From the NCBI GenBank assembly GCA_977862235.1, contig OZ374563.1, positions 930,001 through 994,000 of the forward strand: a DNA stretch of 64,000 nt, written 5' to 3'. The position numbers and the translations under genes were made by a program. Source of the stretch: Dudresnaya verticillata. Lineage: Eukaryota. This document shows, piece after piece, positions 10,121 to 20,586 of the stretch (positions are counted from its first letter, which is position 1; each line of letters begins with the position of its first letter). The notes under the pieces were generated by a model. The model did not search any database, was not told the DNA's origin, and saw nothing but the letters and a program-made list of their open reading frames with translations.

Positions 10121-13100
10121 AGCCCGAAGGAACTCGTTACGGGGAGCTTATGGAATGTAACTCAATAATTGATGTCAATTGACTACAAAAGCATTTCATT
10201 ACCGTACGAGCAGTACGGCGGCGAAGGAAGTCCCATTATTCATGATGAGGGACGTCTCAAAGTTGATGATCTGCGGGTCGAGCGCGCGTGGCAACGGGCG
10301 AGACGAGGCGGGTGACCAAGGATTTCGGGTACCACGCTCTGCGACGGTCGCGCCGGTCGTTCCGTCGAGATCGCTGCCTTTTTTTTCTATAACTTCTACA
10401 CAATAGTGCGACCCAGCCGGCGTGTATCGGCGCCCGGTTCCAAGGGGGGTGACCCCGTGACCGCAGGCGCTCCGTAGTTTGTCGATTAATTCTGTTAGAA
10501 ATGTAGGCCGGCGCCCGACCGTGAGGATTTGGCGGGAGGCTCCCACGGAGGCGAGCACCAGCGAGAAAGTAATTAGAAATGTAGATTGCACGCCGAGGAG
10601 GCGCGCTCACAAAGGCAGTTGCAACCGAGTCTAGAGGCGCACGCCCGCACGTGCCGTGACTGAGCGCTGCGAGCGTTACACAATGCATTGAGTACCGTGG
10701 TCGAAACCAACCCCAAGACCGTCTTCGCCAGAGAAGGGAAAGCAGCGGCTCATGGCGAGGGCTTGTTGGCCAAGGAGGAGGGTGACAACAGGCACAATTG
10801 GAAAATGCGTTCTTCGAAGAACTCTTCGGCCAGATTAGCGCGTTTCGGGGGGCGGCAAGTTGTTCCGCAGAGGTAGCAGACTGATACGGAGGCTTTGAAC
10901 CAGACGTTGGTAAGGGAGACGTTTTGTATTTGTACAGTAGACACTATTTTATTAAGTTTGGTATAAGGGCGCGTTTGTTGGCCGCTCGCTAGAGGATGAT
11001 AAGGACGAGAAATAGGGGCATGGTGAGGGTGGGGGTGGCTATTCGGTGGTAGTGAGGAACGGGGTGGCTGAAGGTGGTCATGGTGGCCAGCCCGCTCTTG
11101 GCAAGATGGCAGAAAGCAGTGTTTTGTGAGAAACGTAGTCCACAAACAAAGCACCAAATGTGCAAGAGCTTGAAATCTTCAACTATGATACAACTTGGCC
11201 TGCCGAGTGTACACGAGCCCCTCTTTTCCCTCGAGCATAACATTTCCAGAGGTAAGATAAGGCTTTCCGCTGTGGTTTCTTGCAGTTTCCATCTCTCATT
11301 TTACGCGGAGACGGGGCAGTGCCTTGCTGGATGCAACTCTGCATCCCCGATGAAATTCTTCGCCAGGTCACAACTTTTCGTTGGTACATGGACATTCTCG
11401 TGTAAACGATAGACCTAACGAGTCCCGCCTCTCACCTTCAATGACAAATCAGCGAGAAATACTCCTGCTGAAAGCTTTTACCGGCAGACTGGGAGGGACT
11501 ACATACTTTGCATGTAGAGGGTTCGCCAGCCCCCTTATCCTTGTCACAAATCTATCATGATTGTGAGATGTCATTCTTCCTTCCTTCTCGAAACGGTTTG
11601 ATTTGCAGTTCCCAGTGACTGTTTGACCCGAAACTGTGGACAGCTGCATTGTTGGTACAACTAGTTACTAAACTTCAGAGCACCGCGTCTGTAAAGAAAT
11701 ATTATTAGGGTCAGTCCCAGGCATTCTGGCGGGGCAGTTGCAGAAATAATGGAGTGCGTTTGGAGTGGAAAGGAGATAAAGATTATTTTATATCACATGC
11801 AGTGGTTGTTGAAGGAGCTGTTTGCAGCGCGGCGCTTCGCAAGATAGAGGGGGAAAAGGTGATAAGGGTTGTGACGCATTTGATAATCGATGGTGAATTC
11901 CTCGCCAGCCTGAATATTGCTTGCGTGTGGCGAGGTAGGAAAATGCGGAGATAGCCATTACTATTATCTCGGATTAGATAGATCTGGTTCGAACTCGATC
12001 TCGGAGCTGGATAATGATACATGACCCCTACATGCATTCATACATATACATACGTAAGTCAGAACCTCGCCCTCATCAAACACTGCAAGAAGACGTGATG
12101 TTCTACATTCAGTCTTGTTCATTGATTTATTCGGGTAGCTAAGGTCGATTCATAGGAAACCCTATTCAGTAAGGAAATTCTCCGACTCGAAATAAAAGCC
12201 TCTCTCCCCGTCATTCGCGCGCCAAGCCCGTGGTGGTCTCCATCACCCCACGTCAGAGCGTTCATCACTTCCCCTGAAGATTTGGACGAATTCCAACCGC
12301 ACCCTCTCTACCTGCTTCTCCTCCTCCTCATCTCCGTCATGACCTCTCTCTTCTCGCCTGTAGAGTCCGCTCCCGCCCCGCTGGCGACGGAAAACCTCCC
12401 GCTGGCAATTTTCTTTTGAGAAACGTGTCTGTCCCACAACCCAGAATGTTGATCCCTGTGCCATGCAAGCACACTTCAAAGAGAAACTATATAGGCAATG
12501 GGGTCTAGGCATCCCTTGTGTGGACGAGCTGTCGTCTACATACAGTGATTAGTGATACTTAACGAATCAGTAATTTCGGGCAAAAGAAACTAAGTCTTGT
12601 TATTGGGAGGCACAAGTGTCACCTCCGAGGAAGTACAAATTCACGGTTGATTCATGTAACATTGAGAAGTGCCTTACTATCGACGAGCCGACACTTTTAT
12701 GATTACCTTACTAGATGCACTTCTTTCATCCCGTGCGTTGTTTGGTTTGCGCTGATATGCCGTGTGCAGTGGATGCAGTTCTTGCATCCCGTGGGTTTGC
12801 CTTGAGCGGATACGAAGTGCCCAATGGATGCAGCGAGGAAATGAAACTAGAAAAGGACTCGTATGGCTCTGTATTGAAGAGTAATTCTCTAGGGCGCAGG
12901 CTCGAACCTGCACCCTCGCCGTGATGACCGCTATTTTTCTGGATGATATGTAATAGAGTGAGTCCGCCGTCCCTACTTAAGTCGCCCGACTGTCCTTGAA
13001 GCCGATTCTGTTACCCTCACCAAGCCTGAGCCTGTCACCATTCCTCTTCAGCGACAATATTCGACACTTTCACCCTACAACCATCCGCGTCCTCACCATG

Positions 13101-13252
13101 TCCCGCTTTCTGGCCACACTGGCCTTCGTCCTCTCCGCTACGGCCCTGATGTTCCCGCTGGCAGCTGCCGCCCCCGCCCCCGCCCAGGCGGAACCGCCCG
13201 CCCCGGTGTCCGCGGGCAACCTCCCGGCCGGCTCCAAGATGGTATTCTGCCA

Positions 13253-14285
13253 TGTTGAGGACATGGTCGCTGGCGCCTCACGTCACGGGTCAGGTACCCC
13301 AGATGGTACCCTGGCACGCTTTCACCAAACCTTCCGGAGACGACAGCCCTTTTTCCGGGCTTCCAAAATCACGGCGCATTTAGGCCTTTTGCAAAAGCAA
13401 CGTGAAACGGGCTTCTGATTGGTTGTTACAAACCGCCTCCATGATCTATATGGCTTACAAGTGTTGTGCTGGAATTGGCGGTTATAACAGGAACGGCCAA
13501 GTGGAACGATCTGATTGGACCACATGGATGCACGTGGTATGGCATGGAATGGTACTGGTATGACGCGCACTGTACTCCACAAGTACACATGAACGTGCCA
13601 TGCAATGTGCTGATGGCGTCTGAGTTGGTACTGCAGGGACTTGCGCTACGTGGAGCCTGGCTTGTGATATCAGCAGATGCAGTTGTCGTGCGGCCGAAAC
13701 GTTGGTTTACAGTTGGCACGTAGGTGTCGTGCGGCCGACACGTTGGTTTACAGTTGCCACGTAGCTGTCGTGCGGCCGACACGTTGGTTTACAGCTGCCA
13801 CGTAGGCAAGTCTGGGTGATTACGTGGTCAATGATCCAAGTTGGATATTCATGGACGGAATTCAGCTCGTAAGTGCGGCCACGTGGTATGCAGTGTTGTC
13901 CGACAGCAGCCATGCGGGGACACTCGATACTTTCGAGTTCCCGCCCAAAGTTGGAGTACATATGGATGGCAGGAAATGCGGTCGCAAGAGGGATTGCTGA
14001 TGTCAGCAGTTAGCAACACTGGTGTGCAAGTTCCCGCCCATTTTGGTGGCGGATGTGAGTGTGCTGAGAGTATGATTTGGTAGATTTAATTGCTTTACTT
14101 TTTCCCGCCCATTTGATGATAGGGATTTTGGGCGTTTCTTTAATGATTTGTTTTGTTTGTGTTCACGCAGCAACTCATCCGAAAAGCTGATATAAGCCAT
14201 GTCGGATGGTCGACTGCAGTAAACGAAGTCAAGCGACTTCCATTTCTCATCTTGTTTAACTCCAACGTCTCCATATTCCTTTTTA
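13253..14285 (+). repeat. 5' LTR
   Basis: Matches 19554-20586 (offset 6301) by eye except the penultimate base; ends ...TTTTTA. Confidence 0.95.
13684..13806 (+). repeat. Three tandem 41-bp units inside the LTR (also at 19985-20107)
   Basis: TGTCGTGCGGCCGA(A/C)ACGTTGGTTTACAG(T/C)TG(G/C)CACGTAG(G/C) x3. Confidence 0.9.
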
Positions 14286-14299
14286 GGTTATGGGCCCAG
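14286..14299 (+). promoter_or_regulatory. Primer-binding site complementary to the anticodon arm of initiator tRNA-Met (half-tRNA priming)
   Basis: GGTTATGGGCCCAG immediately after the 5' LTR; reverse complement CTGGGCCCATAACC contains the CAT anticodon. Confidence 0.85.
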
Positions 14300-15221
14300 A
14301 AGGTCGACCTACGCAGACTTCATCGCTTCGCTGCAACCTTCTCCCTTTTTCTTTTCATTCTTGATACTGTCCTGTCCCGTCCTGGCCTGTCCTGTCTGCT
14401 TGTGTCCTGTCCTGTCGGCTTGTGTCCTGTCCTGTCTGCTTGTTGTCTGTTGAAAGTGGTCCCTATCCCACTGTGTCGGCTTGTGTCTCTGATTTTGTGA
14501 GAGAGTTCTCGAGGCTCTCGTCCGCTGTTGTCTTGGTCCGTGAGCTTGCTGAGAGGTTGAGTGTTGTGCGTGGTGACTCTCGTTAAGTCAGGACCTCGTT
14601 GGCCTAGGGGAGCAGCCTCCAGTAAGATCCAGAACCTTGACACGGTTGGGCCTAGTTCCATTCCTGCAAGAGACTGGACCTGTTCGTGTGGTGAACACTC
14701 GTTTTGAGTTAGTACCCATAAGGTGGACGTCTCGTAAGGATTGCATACTTCGTGTCTGTGTGCGCACGACACGAAAGGGCTGCTGAAAGACGCATTTCAC
14801 CCGGAGAATCATATCCGGGGGCCAGGAGTCCGACTCCTAGGGGTGACTAGGTAGAACCTGGTGCCAGAACATCCCGCGTCAAAAAGACGTTCAACTATCA
14901 AGAATCAACTTTTCAACTTCAAGTTTCAACTTTTCTTCTTCAGTCCAGGTGATCCCATCATCACCTGAGAGTTTGATTACTCCAAGCGTGGGAGCTACTT
15001 GGCAAAGTGTGATCCGCTTGTGACTGTATTATATTACCGGCGTGTTCGACACATTTCTCAGTTTCGTCGTCACGTCTTCGTTGTGTGAGCTGCACTGCTC
15101 TGCTTAACACGACTATTACCCTCTGGGCATCGACACTGTTGCACTAACAGCACTGCCCCAAGTTCACCAAGTTTTCTAAAACTATTCAAGTTATCTCTTC
15201 TCACCATCAGTCCCAACAGCG

Positions 15222-18200
15222 ATGACTGATGTTGTTTTAACTGATACCGAAGCCGAGATGGATACTTCGAGCGGGGTCAAGATACCCCGTTTCCACGGCA
15301 GGAGAGGTGACGACTACAGTCTCTGGCGTCATCGCCTTCGTGCCGCATGCCGCATCAAAGGGGTTTGGAATGTTGTCCACACCTCAAACGACACACCGAG
15401 CAGCTCACAGTCAACTGGAGAGGCCTCAGCGGATACTTCCATTCTTCACGCCAGAACCTTGGCCAAACGTGAGAAGGCTTGCGGGATCATTATCTCCGCA
15501 CTTGGTGATGCTCCGCTTCGTGTCGTTATGGAAGTTGATGATGACCCCAAACGCATGCTGGAGCTATTGGACTCGCGCTATGCGTCCAGTCGAACCGTAT
15601 CCCGTATCGCCGTACAGACCAAGCTATTCCGTATGACGTACACCGGTCAGAATATGTCCAACTATGTCGACCAGTACACGTCACTGTTCGCCCAACTCGA
15701 CCGCATGGGCAACGACTCGGCGATACCGGAGACACATAAGGCACCTATGCTGCTTGCTTCCATTGATCCGTCCTGCCACCTGGAGTCAACAGCTGCAGCT
15801 CTCCGCACCAAAGATGCTGCTGAGCTGACTTGGGACTACGTCGCAACCACGCTGATCGATGAGTACAACGCCAAAGATTCTCATGGATCAAACGCAGGTG
15901 GGAGATCCAGTAAGTCGAAGAGTCGTCGGAAGAAGAAAAAGAAGTCCGCGTCGTCAGGTTCTCGCCAGCAACACAACCCGCTGGATGACAACGACGACTC
16001 CGATGACTCTTCTGATATTGAATCTACCGTCCGTGCGTTGGCGGTTGCACTCAAGTCCGCCAAGCAGGCTCACTCCACCCCGAACCGGCACCTTCACTGT
16101 GATGTTTGCGACAAGGATGGACACACCGCGGATCGATGCTATCTCAATCCGGAAAATCCTAACAACAAGCTTCCTCCAAAGGTGCGACAGATGTTCACCA
16201 ACCAGGGCAAAAAGGGCAACGCCAACTCGGCGGTAGCTGCATCTGGTAAGAATAATGGTAAATCTGCAAAGGTAGAAATCGCCGGTGCATCGGTTGAGAT
16301 GACTACTGTTGTTCCTCCGAACGACCAAGGAACGTATGCCGACAGTGGAGCAACTGTGCATTGCTTCCACTCAATGACTTCTTTTGTACCGAGCTCAGTA
16401 TCGCGCTGCGAAAAGCGTACTGTAGTGCTTGCGGACAAGTCGTCTGTCACCTCAGACCTATGTGGAGATGTGATTCTGCCGTTTGAGCATGCCAATATTC
16501 GGCTCAAGAAGGCCCTCTTCATCCCGCAGATGGGATACAATCTTGTCTCTACTGGGCGTTTGGCAGATAAAGGAATTGAATCCCACTTTCGCCGCTTGGA
16601 CGTGCGCTTGGTACTCGACTCTAATGGGTACTATATTGGATCCGGTGTTCGCGATGCGAGTTCTGGAATGTACATGCTACCAGAACCCGAGCCGCACACT
16701 TCGGAGGAGCAAGTACTGGCTGTCCCCAGCACGCAGCAAACTACTGAGCTCTGGCATCGACGTCTTGCCCACATTAATTTTCGGGACTTGGCCAAAGTGC
16801 ACGAGCATGTTGAGGGTGTTCCGGAGTTGGGCTCCACTCATGAAGTGTGTCGGGCTTGTAGACTTGGGAAAGCACACAAACGATCATTCCCAGGGCACTT
16901 CCGCCCGGCCAAAGCTGTCGGTGATCTCGTGCATTCCGACATTGTGGGTCCAATCCAGATCTCCTTTCCCGATCGTTTCCGGTATGCCACGACGTTTCTG
17001 GATGATAAATCCCGTTTCTTGGTCGTCGCATGTATGAGAAGTCGCCGTATGTTGAGTGCAGCATTTGATCAAGCTTCAGTAAAGTTTATCGAGCTTGGAG
17101 GAGCAGAAATAACAAAAATCCACTCAGACGGGGCTCAGGAGTACTTGGCTTTGCAGAAAGATTTGGGAGGAGTTGGAGACAGTGGCAAATCCTTCTCCCC
17201 ACCTTATACTCCGGAGCTCAATGGAATCGCGGAAAGGGTGAACCGAACCATGGTGGAAGCTGCGCTGACTTTGCTGATCCAGGCTGATCTACCGGGATGT
17301 TTGTGGCCGTTTGCACTGAAGCATGTCAACTACGTGCGCAATCGGGTACCACACTCAACCGTTGGGGCTACGCCATACTCGGTCATGACAGGTGATGTTC
17401 CTGATTTAAAACATTTAAGAGTGTTTGGATGTGCTGCATATGTCCTAAGGCTCCCACGCGGATCCAAGTTCGAGTCTCGTGCACTTGAGGGGGTGCACTT
17501 GGAGACTCTAGAGCATGGGATCTACAGGATATTGGTCACTGGCGGTGACGGTATACCTCGTGTGGTTGAGTCGCGGCATGTCACATTCGACGAGTCCAAA
17601 TTCCCGGGTGCTCCAAGCCTGTTGGAATATGGGCAGGACGAGGCAGATTCGGATGAAGATTACGAGTCTAACTCAGAGGCCTCTATTTTCAACTCGGACT
17701 CTGATGACGATGTGTCGCTGGGTAACTTTGAGGATGAAGAGGATGCGATTGAAGTTGACACACCTTCTTCAACTCCACTACCTCCATCAGAACCCAGCTC
17801 ATTCGAATCTGATGACACGGCTGAGGAAGAAAACGTCTCTGACAATCCTCCGGCTGGTGTGAGTTCAGATCCAGAACGCCAGCAACAGAGTCGATATCCT
17901 CGTCGCCAACGTCGCCAGACGTCGAAATGGTTTATGGCAAGCTCTGCACAAGCTGAACAACAGGTTGCCCTCACAACGGGAGATGAGCCCACTCTTCGAG
18001 AGGCCATGTCTGCCACTCCGGAGGAGCGCGAGTTGTGGCAATCTGCCATTGATGATGAGTTCGCATCCTTGAAATCCAAAGGCACTTGGGTCCGTGATGA
18101 CAGTCCCGATGCACAGCCGCTTCCAACGCACGCCGTGCTGAAAGTTAAACGCAAGTCCGACGGGACGGTCGAGCGCTTCAAAGCGCGGGTCGTCGCTGGT

Positions 18201-19559
18201 GGAAACTTCCAGACGTATGGTGAAGACTACATGGAAACATACGCCCCAGTTGTGTCGTTCTCGCTGGTGCGCATGTTCCTATACTTGGTACTGTGTTTGA
18301 ACCTGTTTGTTGCACAGCTAGACGTGAAGACGGCTTTCCTGAATGGTGATCTGGCAGAACACGTGTGGGTAATGTCACCGCGTGGGATTCCTGGAAGGGA
18401 ATCTCTCTGTTACAAACTTCTGAAAGCTATGTATGGGCTAAAACAGGCTCACCTAGCTTGGCACACCAAGCTGTGTGGTGACCTTGCTAGGATGATGTTT
18501 GAGGAATTGCCAAGTGCACCTTGCGTGTTTCGTCGCAAATCCAAGTCTTCTGGATACGCATACATCTTGGTGTACGTTGATGACTTGCTCATCCTCGCGC
18601 CCACAAAGGCGGAGAGAGACGCCATTGTTAAGGAGCTGCAGGGCCTCTACGATCTACGGCTGTCTGAAGGGGTTGACCTCTTCCTCGGAGTCGAGCTTGG
18701 ATGGAAGCTAGACTCTGATGGCAGATTTGTGTCCCTCAAGATGACTCAACAGGTCTACACGGAAAGTGTTCTTCGTCGATTTGGACTTCAGAACTCTAAG
18801 CCGGCTTGTACGCCGATGGTTGAGTCTTTCTTCACTGGACTTGCCGCCGAAGAGGACAAGGCCGTCGTGTCGGTTGAGACGTACCAGCAGATGATCGGGT
18901 CACTTCTGTACTTGGGGCTTCGCACAAGGCTGGACATTTTGGCCTCTGTGCTTATCCTCGCACGGTTCCAGAAGGCTCCAACTGCGTACTGTCACCGTGG
19001 TGTAAAGAGGGTTCTGCGATATCTTCGAGGCACTCACAAGCATGGAGTTACGTACCAGTCCGGAAGCACTCGTATCCAAGCTTATGTGGACGCTGACTAT
19101 GCCGGTGACACCACAGACCGAAAATCTATGTCTGGTTACATGGTGAAACTGGGAGATGCAGTGTGTATTTGGGGATCCAAGAAGCAGTCAACTGTTGCTC
19201 TCTCAACTTGCGAGTCGGAGTACTATGCAATGACTCTGGCTGCGAAAGAGACGGTTTGGGTCACGCGAGTGCTGAAGGAGGCTGACTTGAACGTCGAAGG
19301 CCCGATTCCATTGAGATCAGACAACCAGTCTGCCATCAATTGGGCTACTGGAGAACGCTGTCCGTCTGGTCGTGCCAAGCACATCGACGTTCGTGTACAC
19401 TTCATTCGCGAACTTGTCGCCGACTCTGTTCTGGAAGTGGTGTATGTGCCGTCAGAAGACAACGACGCGGACTTGCTGACAAAGCCACTCGGGCCCACTT
19501 TGCTCAATAGGATTCTACTAAGGGTTGGACTTGGAGGAGCCATCGAGGAGGAGTGTTGA
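15222..19559 (+). CDS. Copia gag-pol polyprotein (1445 aa)
   Basis: Zn knuckle CDVCDKDGHTADRC; protease DSGA; integrase HRRLAH..CRAC plus HSD/SDG/ERVNRT; RT FKARVVA.G, QLDVKTAFLNG, YVDD; RNase H DADYAG, DNQSA, KHIDVR. Confidence 0.97.
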   Translation: MTDVVLTDTEAEMDTSSGVKIPRFHGRRGDDYSLWRHRLRAACRIKGVWNVVHTSNDTPSSSQSTGEASADTSILHARTLAKREKACGIIISALGDAPLRVVMEVDDDPKRMLELLDSRYASSRTVSRIAVQTKLFRMTYTGQNMSNYVDQYTSLFAQLDRMGNDSAIPETHKAPMLLASIDPSCHLESTAAALRTKDAAELTWDYVATTLIDEYNAKDSHGSNAGGRSSKSKSRRKKKKKSASSGSRQQHNPLDDNDDSDDSSDIESTVRALAVALKSAKQAHSTPNRHLHCDVCDKDGHTADRCYLNPENPNNKLPPKVRQMFTNQGKKGNANSAVAASGKNNGKSAKVEIAGASVEMTTVVPPNDQGTYADSGATVHCFHSMTSFVPSSVSRCEKRTVVLADKSSVTSDLCGDVILPFEHANIRLKKALFIPQMGYNLVSTGRLADKGIESHFRRLDVRLVLDSNGYYIGSGVRDASSGMYMLPEPEPHTSEEQVLAVPSTQQTTELWHRRLAHINFRDLAKVHEHVEGVPELGSTHEVCRACRLGKAHKRSFPGHFRPAKAVGDLVHSDIVGPIQISFPDRFRYATTFLDDKSRFLVVACMRSRRMLSAAFDQASVKFIELGGAEITKIHSDGAQEYLALQKDLGGVGDSGKSFSPPYTPELNGIAERVNRTMVEAALTLLIQADLPGCLWPFALKHVNYVRNRVPHSTVGATPYSVMTGDVPDLKHLRVFGCAAYVLRLPRGSKFESRALEGVHLETLEHGIYRILVTGGDGIPRVVESRHVTFDESKFPGAPSLLEYGQDEADSDEDYESNSEASIFNSDSDDDVSLGNFEDEEDAIEVDTPSSTPLPPSEPSSFESDDTAEEENVSDNPPAGVSSDPERQQQSRYPRRQRRQTSKWFMASSAQAEQQVALTTGDEPTLREAMSATPEERELWQSAIDDEFASLKSKGTWVRDDSPDAQPLPTHAVLKVKRKSDGTVERFKARVVAGGNFQTYGEDYMETYAPVVSFSLVRMFLYLVLCLNLFVAQLDVKTAFLNGDLAEHVWVMSPRGIPGRESLCYKLLKAMYGLKQAHLAWHTKLCGDLARMMFEELPSAPCVFRRKSKSSGYAYILVYVDDLLILAPTKAERDAIVKELQGLYDLRLSEGVDLFLGVELGWKLDSDGRFVSLKMTQQVYTESVLRRFGLQNSKPACTPMVESFFTGLAAEEDKAVVSVETYQQMIGSLLYLGLRTRLDILASVLILARFQKAPTAYCHRGVKRVLRYLRGTHKHGVTYQSGSTRIQAYVDADYAGDTTDRKSMSGYMVKLGDAVCIWGSKKQSTVALSTCESEYYAMTLAAKETVWVTRVLKEADLNVEGPIPLRSDNQSAINWATGERCPSGRAKHIDVRVHFIRELVADSVLEVVYVPSEDNDADLLTKPLGPTLLNRILLRVGLGGAIEEEC

Positions 19560-20586
19560 GGACATGGTCGCTGGCGCCTCACGTCACGGGTCAGGTACCC
19601 CAGATGGTACCCTGGCACGCTTTCACCAAACCTTCCGGAGACGACAGCCCTTTTTCCGGGCTTCCAAAATCACGGCGCATTTAGGCCTTTTGCAAAAGCA
19701 ACGTGAAACGGGCTTCTGATTGGTTGTTACAAACCGCCTCCATGATCTATATGGCTTACAAGTGTTGTGCTGGAATTGGCGGTTATAACAGGAACGGCCA
19801 AGTGGAACGATCTGATTGGACCACATGGATGCACGTGGTATGGCATGGAATGGTACTGGTATGACGCGCACTGTACTCCACAAGTACACATGAACGTGCC
19901 ATGCAATGTGCTGATGGCGTCTGAGTTGGTACTGCAGGGACTTGCGCTACGTGGAGCCTGGCTTGTGATATCAGCAGATGCAGTTGTCGTGCGGCCGAAA
20001 CGTTGGTTTACAGTTGGCACGTAGGTGTCGTGCGGCCGACACGTTGGTTTACAGTTGCCACGTAGCTGTCGTGCGGCCGACACGTTGGTTTACAGCTGCC
20101 ACGTAGGCAAGTCTGGGTGATTACGTGGTCAATGATCCAAGTTGGATATTCATGGACGGAATTCAGCTCGTAAGTGCGGCCACGTGGTATGCAGTGTTGT
20201 CCGACAGCAGCCATGCGGGGACACTCGATACTTTCGAGTTCCCGCCCAAAGTTGGAGTACATATGGATGGCAGGAAATGCGGTCGCAAGAGGGATTGCTG
20301 ATGTCAGCAGTTAGCAACACTGGTGTGCAAGTTCCCGCCCATTTTGGTGGCGGATGTGAGTGTGCTGAGAGTATGATTTGGTAGATTTAATTGCTTTACT
20401 TTTTCCCGCCCATTTGATGATAGGGATTTTGGGCGTTTCTTTAATGATTTGTTTTGTTTGTGTTCACGCAGCAACTCATCCGAAAAGCTGATATAAGCCA
20501 TGTCGGATGGTCGACTGCAGTAAACGAAGTCAAGCGACTTCCATTTCTCATCTTGTTTAACTCCAACGTCTCCATATTCCTTTTCA
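19554..20586 (+). repeat. 3' LTR
   Basis: TG...CA termini, preceded by purine tract GAGGAGGAG, followed by TSD TGCCA. Confidence 0.95.

Larger units (their letters stand above)
13253..20586 (+). mobile_element. Full-length Ty1/copia LTR retrotransposon (7334 bp)
   Basis: Two 1033-bp LTRs starting TG, 5-bp TSD TGCCA (13248-13252 and 20587-20591), PBS, purine tract before the 3' LTR, and one intact gag-pol ORF in PR-IN-RT-RH order. Confidence 0.97.

Noticed and set aside
11449..11954. Short protein-like frames (e.g. RLEWKGDKDYFISHAVVVEG...)
   Set aside because: Fragmentary, no ATG-led intact ORF, no recognisable family; possibly a decayed gene but unsupported.
12891..12916. Hairpin with GGTTCGAG on the minus strand resembling a tRNA T-arm
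   Set aside because: Loop is 6 nt, and no D-arm, anticodon arm or acceptor stem could be built around it.
13684..13806. Regularly spaced repeats as a possible CRISPR array
   Set aside because: Units are head-to-tail with no unique spacers, lie inside LTRs, and there are no cas genes.
14320..14772. 150-aa antisense ORF in the copia leader as an extra gene
   Set aside because: Non-ATG start, and the frame stays open largely because of the TGTCC microrepeat.
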